Origin: Octopus bimaculoides
Taxonomy: Eukaryota
Reading direction: 5' to 3'
Assembly: GCF_001194135.2 (NCBI RefSeq)
Contig: NC_068987.1
Coordinates: 16,134,301 to 16,198,300 of the forward strand
DNA length: 64,000 bases
In this document: positions 13,222 to 25,630 of the stretch, one piece after another
Position numbering within the stretch: the first letter of the stretch is position 1
Layout of the letters: each line of letters begins with the position of its first letter
The notes under the pieces: generated by a model
Database searches by the model: none
The model's input: only the letters and a program-made list of their open reading frames with translations
What the model was told of the DNA's origin: nothing
Program-made: the position numbers and the translations under genes

Positions 13222-15010
13222 GGTAAAAGTTTATTTTGTAAACAGTTGAATATGCGTGTGTCCTAATTAGTGTTTGTTTTGCAAGCATTTGTGTGTATCT
13301 TTGTAAATTTCATATATACATACATACATTTATATATTATATATATATATATACGTGTATATATACGTGTGTGTGTGTATAATTTACTTATTCGAAGCTG
13401 CAAGTTCCTTTTATTGCTACTCTTTAAGTTTCGCTAATTTCGGAATAGTGGAGATACGAAAAATAAACTCTTCTTATATACGTTTTTGAATACTTTCCAC
13501 ACCTGCATGTGAATTCAAACTTGTGTGTATGTGTGAAATATTTACATATGTAACCTTAGAAAATTGATTTACGCGTGTGTATATGTAAATATAATTTGAA
13601 AAGTTGTTTGAATGTGTATGTCTGGTCCATGAGGAAACACCCTCCCTCTTTTTTCTGCTCATCAGGATTCATGTTTATATTCTGATCTCATCTATTTTAC
13701 AGTGAAATTTTCTAATATTTAAAACGTATTTCAGTTCTTCTTATTTAAGCTTTATGCATAAAATGACATTTTATATAGACACACACACCCACACACACAC
13801 ATATATATGTATATATATATATATATATAAAGCTAAGGCTTTGACAATGTCTAATACTGTAATCTCTCACCATATAGCGGTTTATTATTTGAGCTTACGT
13901 CGATTCCTCTTGGTGTTGTTTTGCATTTATAATAAAATAAAGCCGATAGATATATACAAATTATAAAAATGATAATAAAAAAAATACAGTACTGTTTCTA
14001 CTTCGGATTTTCACCTATCGCGAGGTATTTTGGAATATAATACCCGGGATAACCGAGAGATTAGTGAACACACACGCACAGATGCACTCGTTCAACCTGT
14101 TGAATTTGTATGTGTTGCTTGTAAGTTGGAGTGTAAATAAAGTATTATATAAATACGAACTGCTGGTAACTTTTAATATTGAACGCTATAATTTTATATT
14201 AGATCTTATATTAAGCTCGCTCGTGTGTATATATGGAAACGTTTATACATCAACCTACGCCTATAGAAGTATTTCAGTGTGTAAAGATACCTGTATGTGA
14301 GCTCGCGCGCGCACGCAGAGGCCTCTCTATATGCTTCGTTGCTCTTCAGAGGTATATTTTCGTTTCAGAAGACGAAAATAAAAAGGTTAATATTTTTTTA
14401 TTCGTATGTGTGTGTGTGTCCGGACATTGACTGAAGATCTGAACACTAACTGGATTATTTTACACGCTATTTATATACCCACACAATGTATGGTCGGTCG
14501 GATCTTCAATCTTATGTCCGGACTTTTTAAAAGTTGACGTACGTAAAACGCATGACGCCTGCCTGCCTGATAGCGATTGTGGTGGCTTGGTGATGGAAAT
14601 ATAGTGAGTGTGAATATGGTCATGGCTGGAGACATTTCAGTACACTTCTGTTAATTGCCTGTTGACGCCCGACTTGTAAAAGATATACACAACTCCAACC
14701 GCCTCTGAGCCATCCAGAAATGAAACGATAATAGCGTTTCATTTTACTTAATTGCCACCAGCCAACGAGACGAGCTCTTAACCATTCGCACGACCTGTTA
14801 GAAAATAGCACTCTAAATTTTCCTCTGTCTTAAAAAATACAAAACAAAAAACACTGGCAGTGTAGTTTCTGATATATAAAGATACAGGATGGTCATGGCT
14901 GAAATACCTTTAATCTCAAGTCTGATTAATCAAGGTTGATCTGGGACTAAGCAACAGCATTATTGCTGTCGTTCGAATCGCTAGAAACAGCAGTCAAATA
15001 TATTTTACAT

Positions 15011-15023
15011 CAGTGTTTCTCAA

Positions 15024-15061
<38 letters not shown>

Positions 15062-15238
15062 TATGGACCCCCTGGATTCCTATTTTATTCGGATGGACCG
15101 TCCTATTAATATTTTTGTAAGTAAATATTAGGAATTATATGATAATTATTAAAATATTTTGTGTATTGTAGAAATATAATCAATTTATTGCCGGTAAATT
15201 TTAACAACAAAATCTTACATGGACCCCGGCTGAGAAGC
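15011..15238. mobile_element. hAT-like MITE
   Basis: cagtgtttctcaacc start, repeated ggacccc subterminal motifs, gctgagaagcc end; related start at 11632. Confidence 0.55.
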
Positions 15239-16657
15239 CTACCTTGTATACGTATTTATTTCTGTTCCGTTCTTGGTTGGTTCCAAAAGTGTTAGTTTCT
15301 CTGTCAGAGGAATTCCTGTCCCAACACGTTTAATTTCTGGAGAAGGGAATGCTGTGTGTGTGTATGTGTGTATAGTCTTCCCGATTCTGAGAAAAAGAAG
15401 TGAGGGTTGGCGCCAGCATCTCGCTAGTATTTTATCAACCACAGAAATATAGAAGGTGGAGTTGAATTCGGCAAGATTTGAACCCAGAACGCAAAGAACA
15501 GGAACAGGAACAAATATCTCAATTCAAGCTGTCTGACATTCTATCAACTCTGTTGATTCAAAGGACATGTTTGACAATGTAGTTCGAGAAAAAAAAAACA
15601 AAAAAACGACACTGTAGTTAGAAAGAAGGGTGAGTTTTGGAATAGCTGTTTTTTAAAATTGCATATCATATGAGAAAAGAAGAAAACTTGTTTTTTTATC
15701 TCTTTATTCTCCGTCCTATAGTATTTCAGTGTTTCATACAACGGAAATTACTATTGTGGAAAAAACAAAAAAAAAAAAACAAAACAAAAACGAAACAAAT
15801 AACAAAAAAAAACAACTTTTTCCCCAAATTCCAATTTTGTTTCTACATTTCCTCAGTCATTTCCATTCACGACTTTTTCCAAAATTTTGCTGAAAGAGGA
15901 CGTCTTAAGAACGGCTGGGAATCCTAGGGTTTATTTAATCTGTTCAATTTTGTTGCTCTTAAAACTCATGACAAAATTTCTTGAACGTCACATCTCCTCA
16001 TTTGCTCTTTAATAACCAGTGTCAGATTCAGAGTAACTCATGACCCAAACTGTCCTCTTGACCCATCTATTGTTCCACTGACAGTAAGACATTAAATGTT
16101 GGGTGTGAAATAGATTTTAAAAGAGAATTTTTTTGTTTTTGCCCAGGATGTTCTTCTGGTCTTGCTTCGTGACTATTATTATATAGATCCAAAAGAGTGG
16201 AACCCGCTAAACACACCCAAGAGGTGGCATGTAGTGGTATGTTAAACCGAGTAGTGGATTAACTCCACCACCCCAATATTATCTAGCTACTGCCCGTCTA
16301 TGTCCAGTTTGTTATTTTTTTTCAATTTTATTATTTAACATTAAATGACAGTAATATATCAAATTATTTACGACCTTAACAAGAAAAAAAATCTGAAATT
16401 TAAACACTTTTGTATTTTTATTTTTTATTTCAATAGCTGAACTGCGACCATGCTGAGACACCATACCGCCTTGAAGTGTTTAGTCGAACAAATCGGTCCC
16501 CAGTACTCGTTTTCTTTTTCTTGATGCTCCAAGCATGTGATTATTTTGTTTAATGCTTAACCCAGTCCTGATAGAAGGTCAAATTAAATACGTGTATCCG
16601 TGAGCGAAAGCGTGAACTAACCGAAGAAGTGGCCTTTCTGAATGAAACGTCAAAATT

Positions 16658-16867
16658 CGCCATTCCTTACTTACAATATTCGTTTCATTATGCATCATCT
16701 TTTCTTTCACATGTCAGGTATACTGAAGACCCTTTTTGTCATTGCTTCAGTCCATGTCAATAAAGTTTTGGTAAAAGCAGGGAATTGTCTGACTTAAGAC
16801 AAAAAAAAAAGGTCTTCAGTATACCTGAAATGTAAATGATGGATAATGAAACGAATAATGTATGGCG
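16658..16867. repeat. Imperfect inverted repeat (foldback), arms ~70-80 bp
   Basis: tattcgtttcattat and tcaggtatactgaagacc versus ggtcttcagtatacctga and ataatgaaacgaata. Confidence 0.85.
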
Positions 16868-16890
16868 AATGTAATGTATGCAGACTATTG

Positions 16891-16953
16891 CTAGTTTTCT
16901 CTTCGTGTATTGCTAGTATTGTCAAGTATTTCAATATATGAAGAGAAAACTAG
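16891..16953 (+). ncRNA. Pre-miRNA-like hairpin candidate
   Basis: 22 consecutive pairs (16891-16912 with 16932-16953), two of them G-U on the + strand, 19-nt loop. Confidence 0.3.
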
Positions 16954-17661
16954 ACCATTGCTAGCTTTTTTCTTCCTCTATTAAAATACTCGATAGTGTT
17001 TATTGTGCTTTAAAGGATCATTTCTTAAATACGTATCAGTGTGGTCAAGACGGTCTCTTTGTTACTTACCTGGTTTCTGGTTCAGCCTCATTGCGCGGCA
17101 CCTTGAGTATGTTGTCTTCTAGCATAGCTTCGAGTTGGTCAAGGCCTTATGAATGGAGTTTGGTAGATGTTCGTTAGAGGGACCATTTCATTTTTTGGGG
17201 GGTGGCGGAGTTAATCCACTACTCAGTTTAACACCTCACTGCATATCACTTCTTGGGTGCCTACAGCAAGTTCCACTTTTTTTGGATCTTTTTCATTGAA
17301 TATGGTGGATCCACAAAGGCCATGAACACTGCACTTTTTCTGATATTGCTATTAAAAAAATAAGCAAAAATCAGTTGAGTGGTACAGCTGGAGAAACATT
17401 GTGTAGTGACATAAATATATTTGGTGATTCGAACTTGTAATTCAGTTTTAGTTACTAGATTGAACCTGACATTCAACAAAGTGAGCTATAATTTCAGTTG
17501 CTGTAGTGGAAGCGAATAAGTTAATGTTTCGGGTCTTCACCCTTCATCTGTTAGTAAAAAAAAAAAAACGAAAGAAATGTCGTCACTATGGATGTTAGGC
17601 AAAGCCAATTAAATTTTGATTTCTAACATTGGTAAAGACCGCATATATGGAAAGAGAAGAT

Positions 17662-18035
17662 GCAGGCTTGACTATGTAGTAAGAAGTCTGCTTCCCAGTC
17701 ACATGGTTCCAGGCTCAGTCCCATTGCGTGGCACTGTGGGCAAGTGTCTTCTATTATAATGTCAGTTCGACCAAAACCTTGAGAGTGCATTTGGTTGACA
17801 GACACTGAAAGAATGCCGTTGTGTGTGCGTGTTTGTGTCCCGCTACTACTTGACGACCAGCGTTGGTGAGTTTACAACCTCGTAACTTAGTGGTTCGGCA
17901 AAACAGGCTGATAGTACTAAGTACTAAGCTTTAAAAAAAAAAAGTACTAGGGTCGATTCATTTGACTAAAAATTCTTAAAGACGGTGCCCCAGCATGGCC
18001 GCAGTATAATGGCTGAAACAAGTCGAAGTAAAATG
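17662..18035 (+). mobile_element. SINE family A, full length
   Basis: Head, gggcaagtgtcttc core, internal (GT)n, tail ggtgccccagcatggccgcagt. Confidence 0.85.
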
Positions 18036-19271
18036 AATTTCAGTATTTGATTGGTTTGTTATTAAAGTAATTGACCACGTAAAGACTGAAAACAAAATTA
18101 ACCCCGGCTTCATTTGAATTCTGAATCTTAATGAGCAGTGAAAATATGCCGATTCCGCCATGTTTTGAAACTCCCTAAAGCTATTCTTGATGTAGAATCG
18201 AAAACCAGATGCAATTATTTGTTCAGAAGTTTTGTTTTATATCTGACAAACAAATTATCCTTTTTAATCGTTCATGAACTTTTTGGTAACATATTTTTTT
18301 TTTCGACTCTTCGGATAGATTTTTATGATAAGGCTTCCTGCGGCTTGTCATATAAAATATAATGTGTGTGTAAAATTCGATACTTAGCCCATTTAATCTT
18401 ATCGGTTAAATCTTTGATATCACGTCTCATTCATTTTTTCTATCGTCTCTTTTTATGTACGTATACACACTTGTATATTGTGTATACACAGACACGCGCA
18501 CATATACTCAATCAAACACGTGTAGAAGTTTGAGTGTGTGTAATTTGTAATTATAAGGTTTGCTTGTACCATGTTAGCTGTCACTGAGAAATATATATCA
18601 GAATGTGATTTTTATGAATGTATATAGATAAATGTATGGCGAAAATGTAGTTTTGAAACGTTAATCTCCAGTATCATTGTTTCATGTTCTTTTTCCTTTG
18701 CCCTCTTTGTGATTTTAAACCAATTGGTTTCTCTCTCTCAATAATAGACTATAAATAAGTCCCATTTAAATCTATTGCTTTTACATATATGAAAACACGT
18801 CCAGTTTCATTTCATACCTTAGTCATGGCATCAATTTTAATATACCCCCTCCTTTTTTTCATATATGAAAACACGAAGAGGTTCTTTACGAATGTAAACT
18901 TGCAAGATGTCACTGGAATATAATTTATGCTAATTTATGTCTAACAATCAGCGGTTGTGTGGTGTGTGTATGTACACATGTGAATAAATAACCTCTCGTT
19001 CCTTCACTACTTCCGAGACCATATTGAGAGTTTGGGCGTCGACTTTGCCTTTCATCCTTTCGAGGTCGATAAAATAACTACCAGTTGAATACTGGGTCGA
19101 TGTGATCGACTTAGCCAATCTCCCGAACTAGCTGGTCTTGTGCCAAAATTTGAAATCAATCTTGTTCAATATGGGCGTATCAAACGTCTTTGATCTTGGA
19201 TACGATTCGGAAAGGGGCTTCTATAAATGAAGCTTCAGCTTCAATATGTACATGTTCGACAACATAAGCGT

Positions 19272-19370
19272 TTATTATTCAGGTCACTGCCTGGAATCGG
19301 ACTCAGAATCTTGGGGTTAGTAGCCCTCACTCTTAACCACTACGCCATATGCCCGTGACCTGAATAATAA
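19272..19370 (-). mobile_element. tRNA-like SINE head (same family as 46898) enclosed by a 16-bp inverted repeat
   Basis: Minus strand gggcatatggcgtagtggttaagag..gagtccgattccaggcagtgacctgaataataa has A- and B-box-like motifs. Confidence 0.75.
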
Positions 19371-19639
19371 TAATAATTATTAGCGTTTGTTTCTAAAATA
19401 TTATAAAATGGTAATTAAACCAGTTTAATCTTAGTAGTCACATTCGTTCTCGTTGGTTCACAAAGTATTATTCAACACCACATGCGCGAAACAGTACTGC
19501 ATTTGCCGACTGAATGGCTACAAAAATAAAATCCTAGAGTATTGTAGTTTTGTGTTTTGTAAGATATACTATAAAACTAGTATAATTAACTCAGTTTAAT
19601 CAATCTCAGTAGTCACTTATATAAAATGTTTTATTTGTA

Positions 19640-19725
19640 AAAGTCGCTTCCGGTTTGTACCAGAGATCAAGAACTTTCAATATGTAAACCTTCGACATTT
19701 CCACCATTTTTTAGACCCCGCTGTA
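19640..19725. mobile_element. Possible Tc1-like terminal fragment
   Basis: Ends ..tttagaccccgctgTA, the CAG-TA terminus pattern; partner end not found. Confidence 0.3.
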
Positions 19726-20184
19726 TATGTGTGTTTCGGGGAAAAATATAAATACCTTATCTTATGTGTTCATGATCTTTACATTGAGTTCAACTTAGCG
19801 TTTTTCTTGGTGCAAGTCAAGTATGAAGGTCTATGGTATCGACTTACCCTCTGTCCTTAAAATTGTTTTCCTTCTGCCTTAGTTTAAAGCATATTTGCTA
19901 TATACAACTACTTATATAATAGATAGGAATAATGATTGTATACATTTAATTATTATAGGCTTACAACTGTTTCAGATATACATTTTGGTGCGTTTAGGGT
20001 TCAATTTTATTCATCGATCGAGTAAATCGACTGAAAATATAACGAACCACGCGCAGGCGTAGCTGTGTGGAAGGAAGCTTGCTTACCAACCACATGGTTC
20101 CGGGTTCAGCCCCCCACTGCGTGGCACATTGGGCAAGTGTCTTCAAAGCCTTGTGAGTGGATTTGGTAGACGGAAACTGAAAGA

Positions 20185-20252
<68 letters not shown>

Positions 20253-21074
20253 GGATCTGTTCAGCTTTGCTCACAGATTTTTAAAATTATTATTTTTTTC
20301 AACTAAACAGTTTGAAACTGTGTATACTGCTGTAATTTCTTATGCTCAACGCAGTTCACTTAAAATATTTTTGACAAAATTTCGTATTTTAGAAGTTATT
20401 TCATGTTAAAGTTGTATTTGGGTAAGTTCAACCAATCAACAACGTGTATTCACTTGAAGAAAGCTATTGCTGTTTGCGAAAGTAATCAAAGAGGAACAAT
20501 TTCTGGGTCATCTCTACTAAATTTCACCACTCTGTTCTATTCGTATGTCAGGCGAAGGACTGCAGGAAAGATGATGCCACTGTTATCCTTTCTTCCTTTC
20601 TAGTCAGCACCGTGCATTCCTTACTCTTTCCTTCTCTACTGGCAGACAACCATTTCTACACTATCAACTACCAACCAGCGAGGGAACTTGTCACTGCCAC
20701 TACAATTACTGCTCTATCTCTAACTACATGTCAGGCAAACAAATATATGTAAATAATATTTCTTCCTTCTTGGTGTTGATTCTTTGATGTTTACTGGTTA
20801 CTCTGAAGTGAGAACCAAAAAAAAAAAAAGACGTGTAATATGCAACACAGACAGTAAACAAACATAGAATAGAACAGTGGTGATATTTAGTAGGGATGAC
20901 CTTGAAGTTGTTCCTCTTCGATTACTATAGCAAACATCAGTAATTTTCTTCAGCTGAATACACATTATTGATTGGTTAAAATTACCCAAATACAACTTTA
21001 ACATGAAATAACTTCTAAAATACGAAATTTTGTCAAAAATGTTGAAAGTAAACTGTGTTAAACTGAATAGATCC
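20253..21074. mobile_element. Unclassified foldback element with long TIRs in a (TA)n tract
   Basis: TA-ggatctgttcag ... ctgaatagatcc-TA; arms 20253-20545 and ~20860-21074; the mirrored ORF-track peptides MLKLYLGKFNQS (+) and MLKLYLGNFNQS (-) reflect the symmetry. Confidence 0.8.
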
Positions 21075-21509
21075 TATATANNNNNNNNNNNNNNNNNNNN
21101 NNNNNNNNNNNNNNNNNNNNNNNNNNNNNNNNNNNNNNNNNNNNNNNNNNNNNNNNNNNNNNNNNNNNNNNNNNNNNNNNNNNNNNNNNNNNNNNNNNNN
21201 NNNNNNNNNNNNNNNNNNNNNNNNNNNNNNNNNNNNNNNNNNNNNNNNNNNNNNNNNNNNNNNNNNNNNNNNNNNNNNNNNNNNNNNNNNNNNNNNNNNN
21301 NNNNNNNNNNNNNNNNNNNNNNNNNNNNNNNNNNNNNNNNNNNNNNNNNNNNNNNNNNNNNNNNNNNNNNNNNNNNNNNNNNNNNNNNNNNNNNNNNNNN
21401 NNNNNNNNNNNNNNNNNNNNNNNNNNNNNNNNNNNNNNNNNNNNNNNNNNNNNNNNNNNNNNNNNNNNNNNNNNNNNNNNNNNNNNNNNNNNNNNNNNNN
21501 NNNNNNNNN

Positions 21510-21579
<70 letters not shown>

Positions 21580-21844
21580 ACATAGAGAATTATAGGTAAA
21601 AAGACCCCACCACCATCAAACAAGGAATATCAAATGAACAAAGGAGTCATATATGTTAGTGTCTAATATAAATTCTTGTCTTGGACTAGAATTGCTGTTG
21701 GTAGCTCATTCAAACTCTGTGTGTTGTCTACCAACATAGAAATAGAGCAGATACATCAAGGAGAACATACACACACACACACACACACATGCATATATAT
21801 ATATACTTCATTCTGTATTTACATAGAAGCTTGATAAATGCACT

Positions 21845-22140
21845 TTTTTACTTGTTTCAGTCATTTGACTGCGGCCATGCTGGAGCACCGCCTTTAGTCG
21901 AGCAAATCGACCCCAGGACTTATTCTTTGTAAGCCTAGTATTTATTCTATTGGGTGTCTTCAGCCGAACTGCTAAGTGATGGGGACATAAACACACCAGC
22001 ATCGGTTGTCAAGCGATGTTGGGGGGGCAAACACAGACACACAAACATATACACACACACTGCCCAAGGTGCCACGCAGTGGGACTGAACCCAGAACCAT
22101 GTGGTTGGTAAGCAAGCTACTTAGCACACAGCCACTCCTA
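21845..22140 (-). mobile_element. SINE family A
   Basis: Close match to 43765-44170 with an internal deletion. Confidence 0.9.
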
Positions 22141-22625
22141 AAAAGTAAAAAAAAAAAATTAAAAAAAAAAAAAAAAAATTCGTATATTCAACCTTTACCA
22201 ATGATGGATGATTGATATATAATCAAAATTGACTGACATTAGCTATCACGTTTTCCAACATATATCTATCATCCATCATTGTAAAAATCTATTAGTCAAA
22301 ATTGACTGACATTTTCCATTTATGTTGTTGAAGGGACAAGCATGGCTGTGTGGTTAGGAAACTTGCTTTGCAGCCATCTGGTTTCAGGTTCAGTCCTGCT
22401 GTGCCGACCCAGGCTGCCCAGTTCCTTGTGAGTGAATTTGGTTGCCAGAAACTGTTGTATATATCACACATGCACAGAGACATATATATGTATACATGTA
22501 TATGTAAATATATTTAGAATAGTAAAAATTAAAATTTCACAGATGTTTCGTAATTTCATTTAAGGTTCTGCAGTGATTTCAAATAACTAAAATACAAACA
22601 CTGTTTAAGCACAAACAGTGCTTAA

Positions 22626-22843
22626 CCATTTTGTTACCACATTTCTGTTGAGATGATTTGTTTCTTTCAATTAATTTTAAATATAACAAAGAATTTAGTA
22701 AAATAACTTAGTTATCGTTAAGCATGTTAGGAACGTAAATTGTGACTAAGGTTTAGGGGAAGATTTTAATTGAGAACTTTTGCAAACCAGACATTTGTAC
22801 TACAGAGCCAGAAGCGGTTTCAGGCAGGTTGGTATCAAAAGGG
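22626..22843. mobile_element. piggyBac-like MITE
   Basis: TTAA at 22622-22625 and 22844-22847; TIR ccattttgttacc / ggtatcaaaaggg. Confidence 0.7.
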
Positions 22844-25597
22844 TTAAAAAACTAATTTAGTAAATTATATATATCTGTTTAAATGCACAAATCTGTAAGA
22901 TTGAGGCACTGTTTTTATGTCTGGATATTTTTCTTGTCAAGCTATTCAGGTGGAGATAGGGTTGGGGGAGAATTATGGGCAATACCAGAGATGGACAAAG
23001 CAAGAGTTGGTGATGAGTGACAATAGAAGTGGCTCAGATCAGAGAGAGTCATGTCTGACAGTACACAAAGGGTGAAGTTAGACATACATAATATATATAT
23101 ATATATATATGTATTTGGAAACAGGTTAGGGTTGGCAGCAGGCAAAGCATCCAGCTGTAGAAAACTTGCCACACAAATAGTGCTGCACACTATATATCTA
23201 TGTGTGTGTATGTATATACGTATACGCAATTCTCCTTAGATTTTCTATAACTTTATCTGATTTTGAATTTACTGTTCCAAAGGGTTTGGATAGAATATCG
23301 ACAAGTTCTTTAACCCAAATATTTACTCGCTATTATTTATAGCGTTATCTGCTTCAAGATCCACCACTCCAAAAAAGAACTGACTTTCTCTCAAAGTTTA
23401 TAAATTCATACGAGGTCAACTTTATATTAATATCTATCTATTACATTGTGTGTGTGTGTGTGTCTGAGGAAGCCAATAGCATGAGTGGTTCTAATTGACT
23501 GAACAGAAGCTGGTGATCCATCAGCTATTATTGTATTACTTCTTGGTTCTGGCTGACCTTCCATTTTTCCACTTAGGAATTGTTGCATTTACAAGTTTCT
23601 CTATTTATATGGTTTCCTTATTTTTGAACTCCCTCCCTTCTCACAACCATTCCTTCCTGTTTGACTTTCCTCCCTCCCTTTCCTCATTATTACTATACAT
23701 CTTTTCTCTCTCCATTTCATCCAAGCAAATTCTCTTACTCTTTCTCTCTCTCTCTCTGTCCCATCAGTTCTTTCTCTCTCTCTCTCTCTCTCTTCAGTCA
23801 CTTCCCTTCCATGCTTGGGAAACTCAGCAGCCACAATTCTCCCCACTTCCTGTCCCTGTTACCTTTCTTTATTATTATCTTCCGTTGTGAACTGGTTGGC
23901 TTTTCATTTCTCTCAATGAAGGGCAGGTAGTCTGAAATGTTGGACACATTTCCACTTACAATGGCATACATACCATCATCATCATCATTTAACATCTGTC
24001 TTCTATGCTTGCATGATTCAACAGAATTCAGAAGCTGCATGAACTTGAACGTTGGCTTTGGTATGATTTCCTAACCAAATACTTTACATAACGTACTGGG
24101 TACATTTTGTTGTGACACCAGCATTAGTGAGGTTTCCATGTAACTTATAAGACCAAAAGAAAGCTCTGTGTTGCTGTGTAGTAGAAAGGGAGGTGCTTTC
24201 TTTAGGCATTATGTGTTGAGTGGCCAACTTAAATATTTTACTTTTACATCGGTTATTGTACCTGTGTGACTTTTTCTAAAGGTTCATAACCCCACTGAAG
24301 TTTATTTTAGAACAAGGTGAGACACATTTCTTGGTGCAACTGATGCCTGAGATTAGTGACTGATACCGTTTTCGGAGTTTAGTGTTTAGCCCCAGGTATC
24401 TCAGATATGAACTCGGAGACCAATGATCAAAGGAATCGTTCCAGTTCTGGCTGTCCCCTAATTTTTTTTCAGATTTGTTACCCTCTTTTTTTTTTTTTTG
24501 TAACAGTAGGATGATTTGAGAGAGACTTGATTGCTATTTCTAGCAAGTCAAGTGGCTATGAGTAGGCTCACTTGGTGGCTCAGTGTTGTTTTAGAACAGC
24601 AGAATCGGGATGGTGGTTGTAGTGGTTGTGTTGGTTAGGAAAGGAATGGTGATTGCAATAGTTGATTATCTTACTTTTGAACTCCCCCCCCCTTGCATCC
24701 TTACAATCATTCCTTTTTCATTTACCCTCTGCTTCCTTAATCACCACTGCCTCTCTTCCTCTCCTTATTCTCTCTGTCTTTTTCATTTTAGCAAATTATC
24801 TTAATCTCTCTGTTTCATCACCCCTCTCTCTTTCTGACTACTCTAACCCTTTAGCATTTAAATTGACTATATCCAGTCCAAGCATTCCACTTGTTTTATG
24901 TTCAGACCAGCCAGATCTGACCTCTCACACTTATCCTACAATGTTATTTTAAATATAAACAATCACATCATTGAAATTTCAAAGCTATGAGGTAGTACAT
25001 GATTAATTCAACACATTGTGAATAAATAAGCATTACATTTGACAGAATCATCTGAATAATAAAGGATTAAATAACCATAAGTTGTCCATCAGATGACTAC
25101 ATGTTATTTATCATATACCACATAGTGAGAGATGAGGTAACTTAGTTACAATTATAGTTTTAAGCAAACTCAGATGCTGGTGGTGGTGGTGCTTGTTGTG
25201 CTAGCTTGCTGTGGCAGTGATTGAATCTAATTAATGGTATTTAATTAGGTTAAGTATGATTGCAGTGGTTGCAAAAAAACTTAGTGTCAGAAGTTCAAAT
25301 TCAATATTTGGAATTAGTCACATATTTCATTTCGATGTATATTAGAGTGAGCAAGCCTGCTTGCCTCTGCCTGCCTCTGTTTTCATGCTCCATCACTAGA
25401 TAAATACAGCTTGTGGGAAGCAAGAGTTTGTATATCTTCACTCTAAATCAGTGGTGGTGGAAGCTAGCCCTTGGGGTGTACATATGGTTTTAAAATAGGG
25501 ACACTATGATCATGTATGCAAATGTCTTCTAATTTAGTCCTGGGCCGACCAAAAGTTTGTCAGTGGATATGGATGATGGAAACCGAAGAAGACAGTC

Positions 25598-25630
<33 letters not shown>

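Noticed and set aside
16147-16236. 90-nt open exon-like segment with good AG and GT sites
   Set aside because: Its 3' half is one arm of the repeat also present inverted at 17197-17289, so it is probably repeat-derived; exonisation cannot be excluded
16620-16652. ccgaagaag..gaaacgtc as a hammerhead
   Set aside because: Core mutated, no stem II, stem I not adjacent
22535-22580. Minus-strand ctgcaga..gaaacatc as a hammerhead
   Set aside because: Core substitution, unpaired stem II, 2-bp stem I
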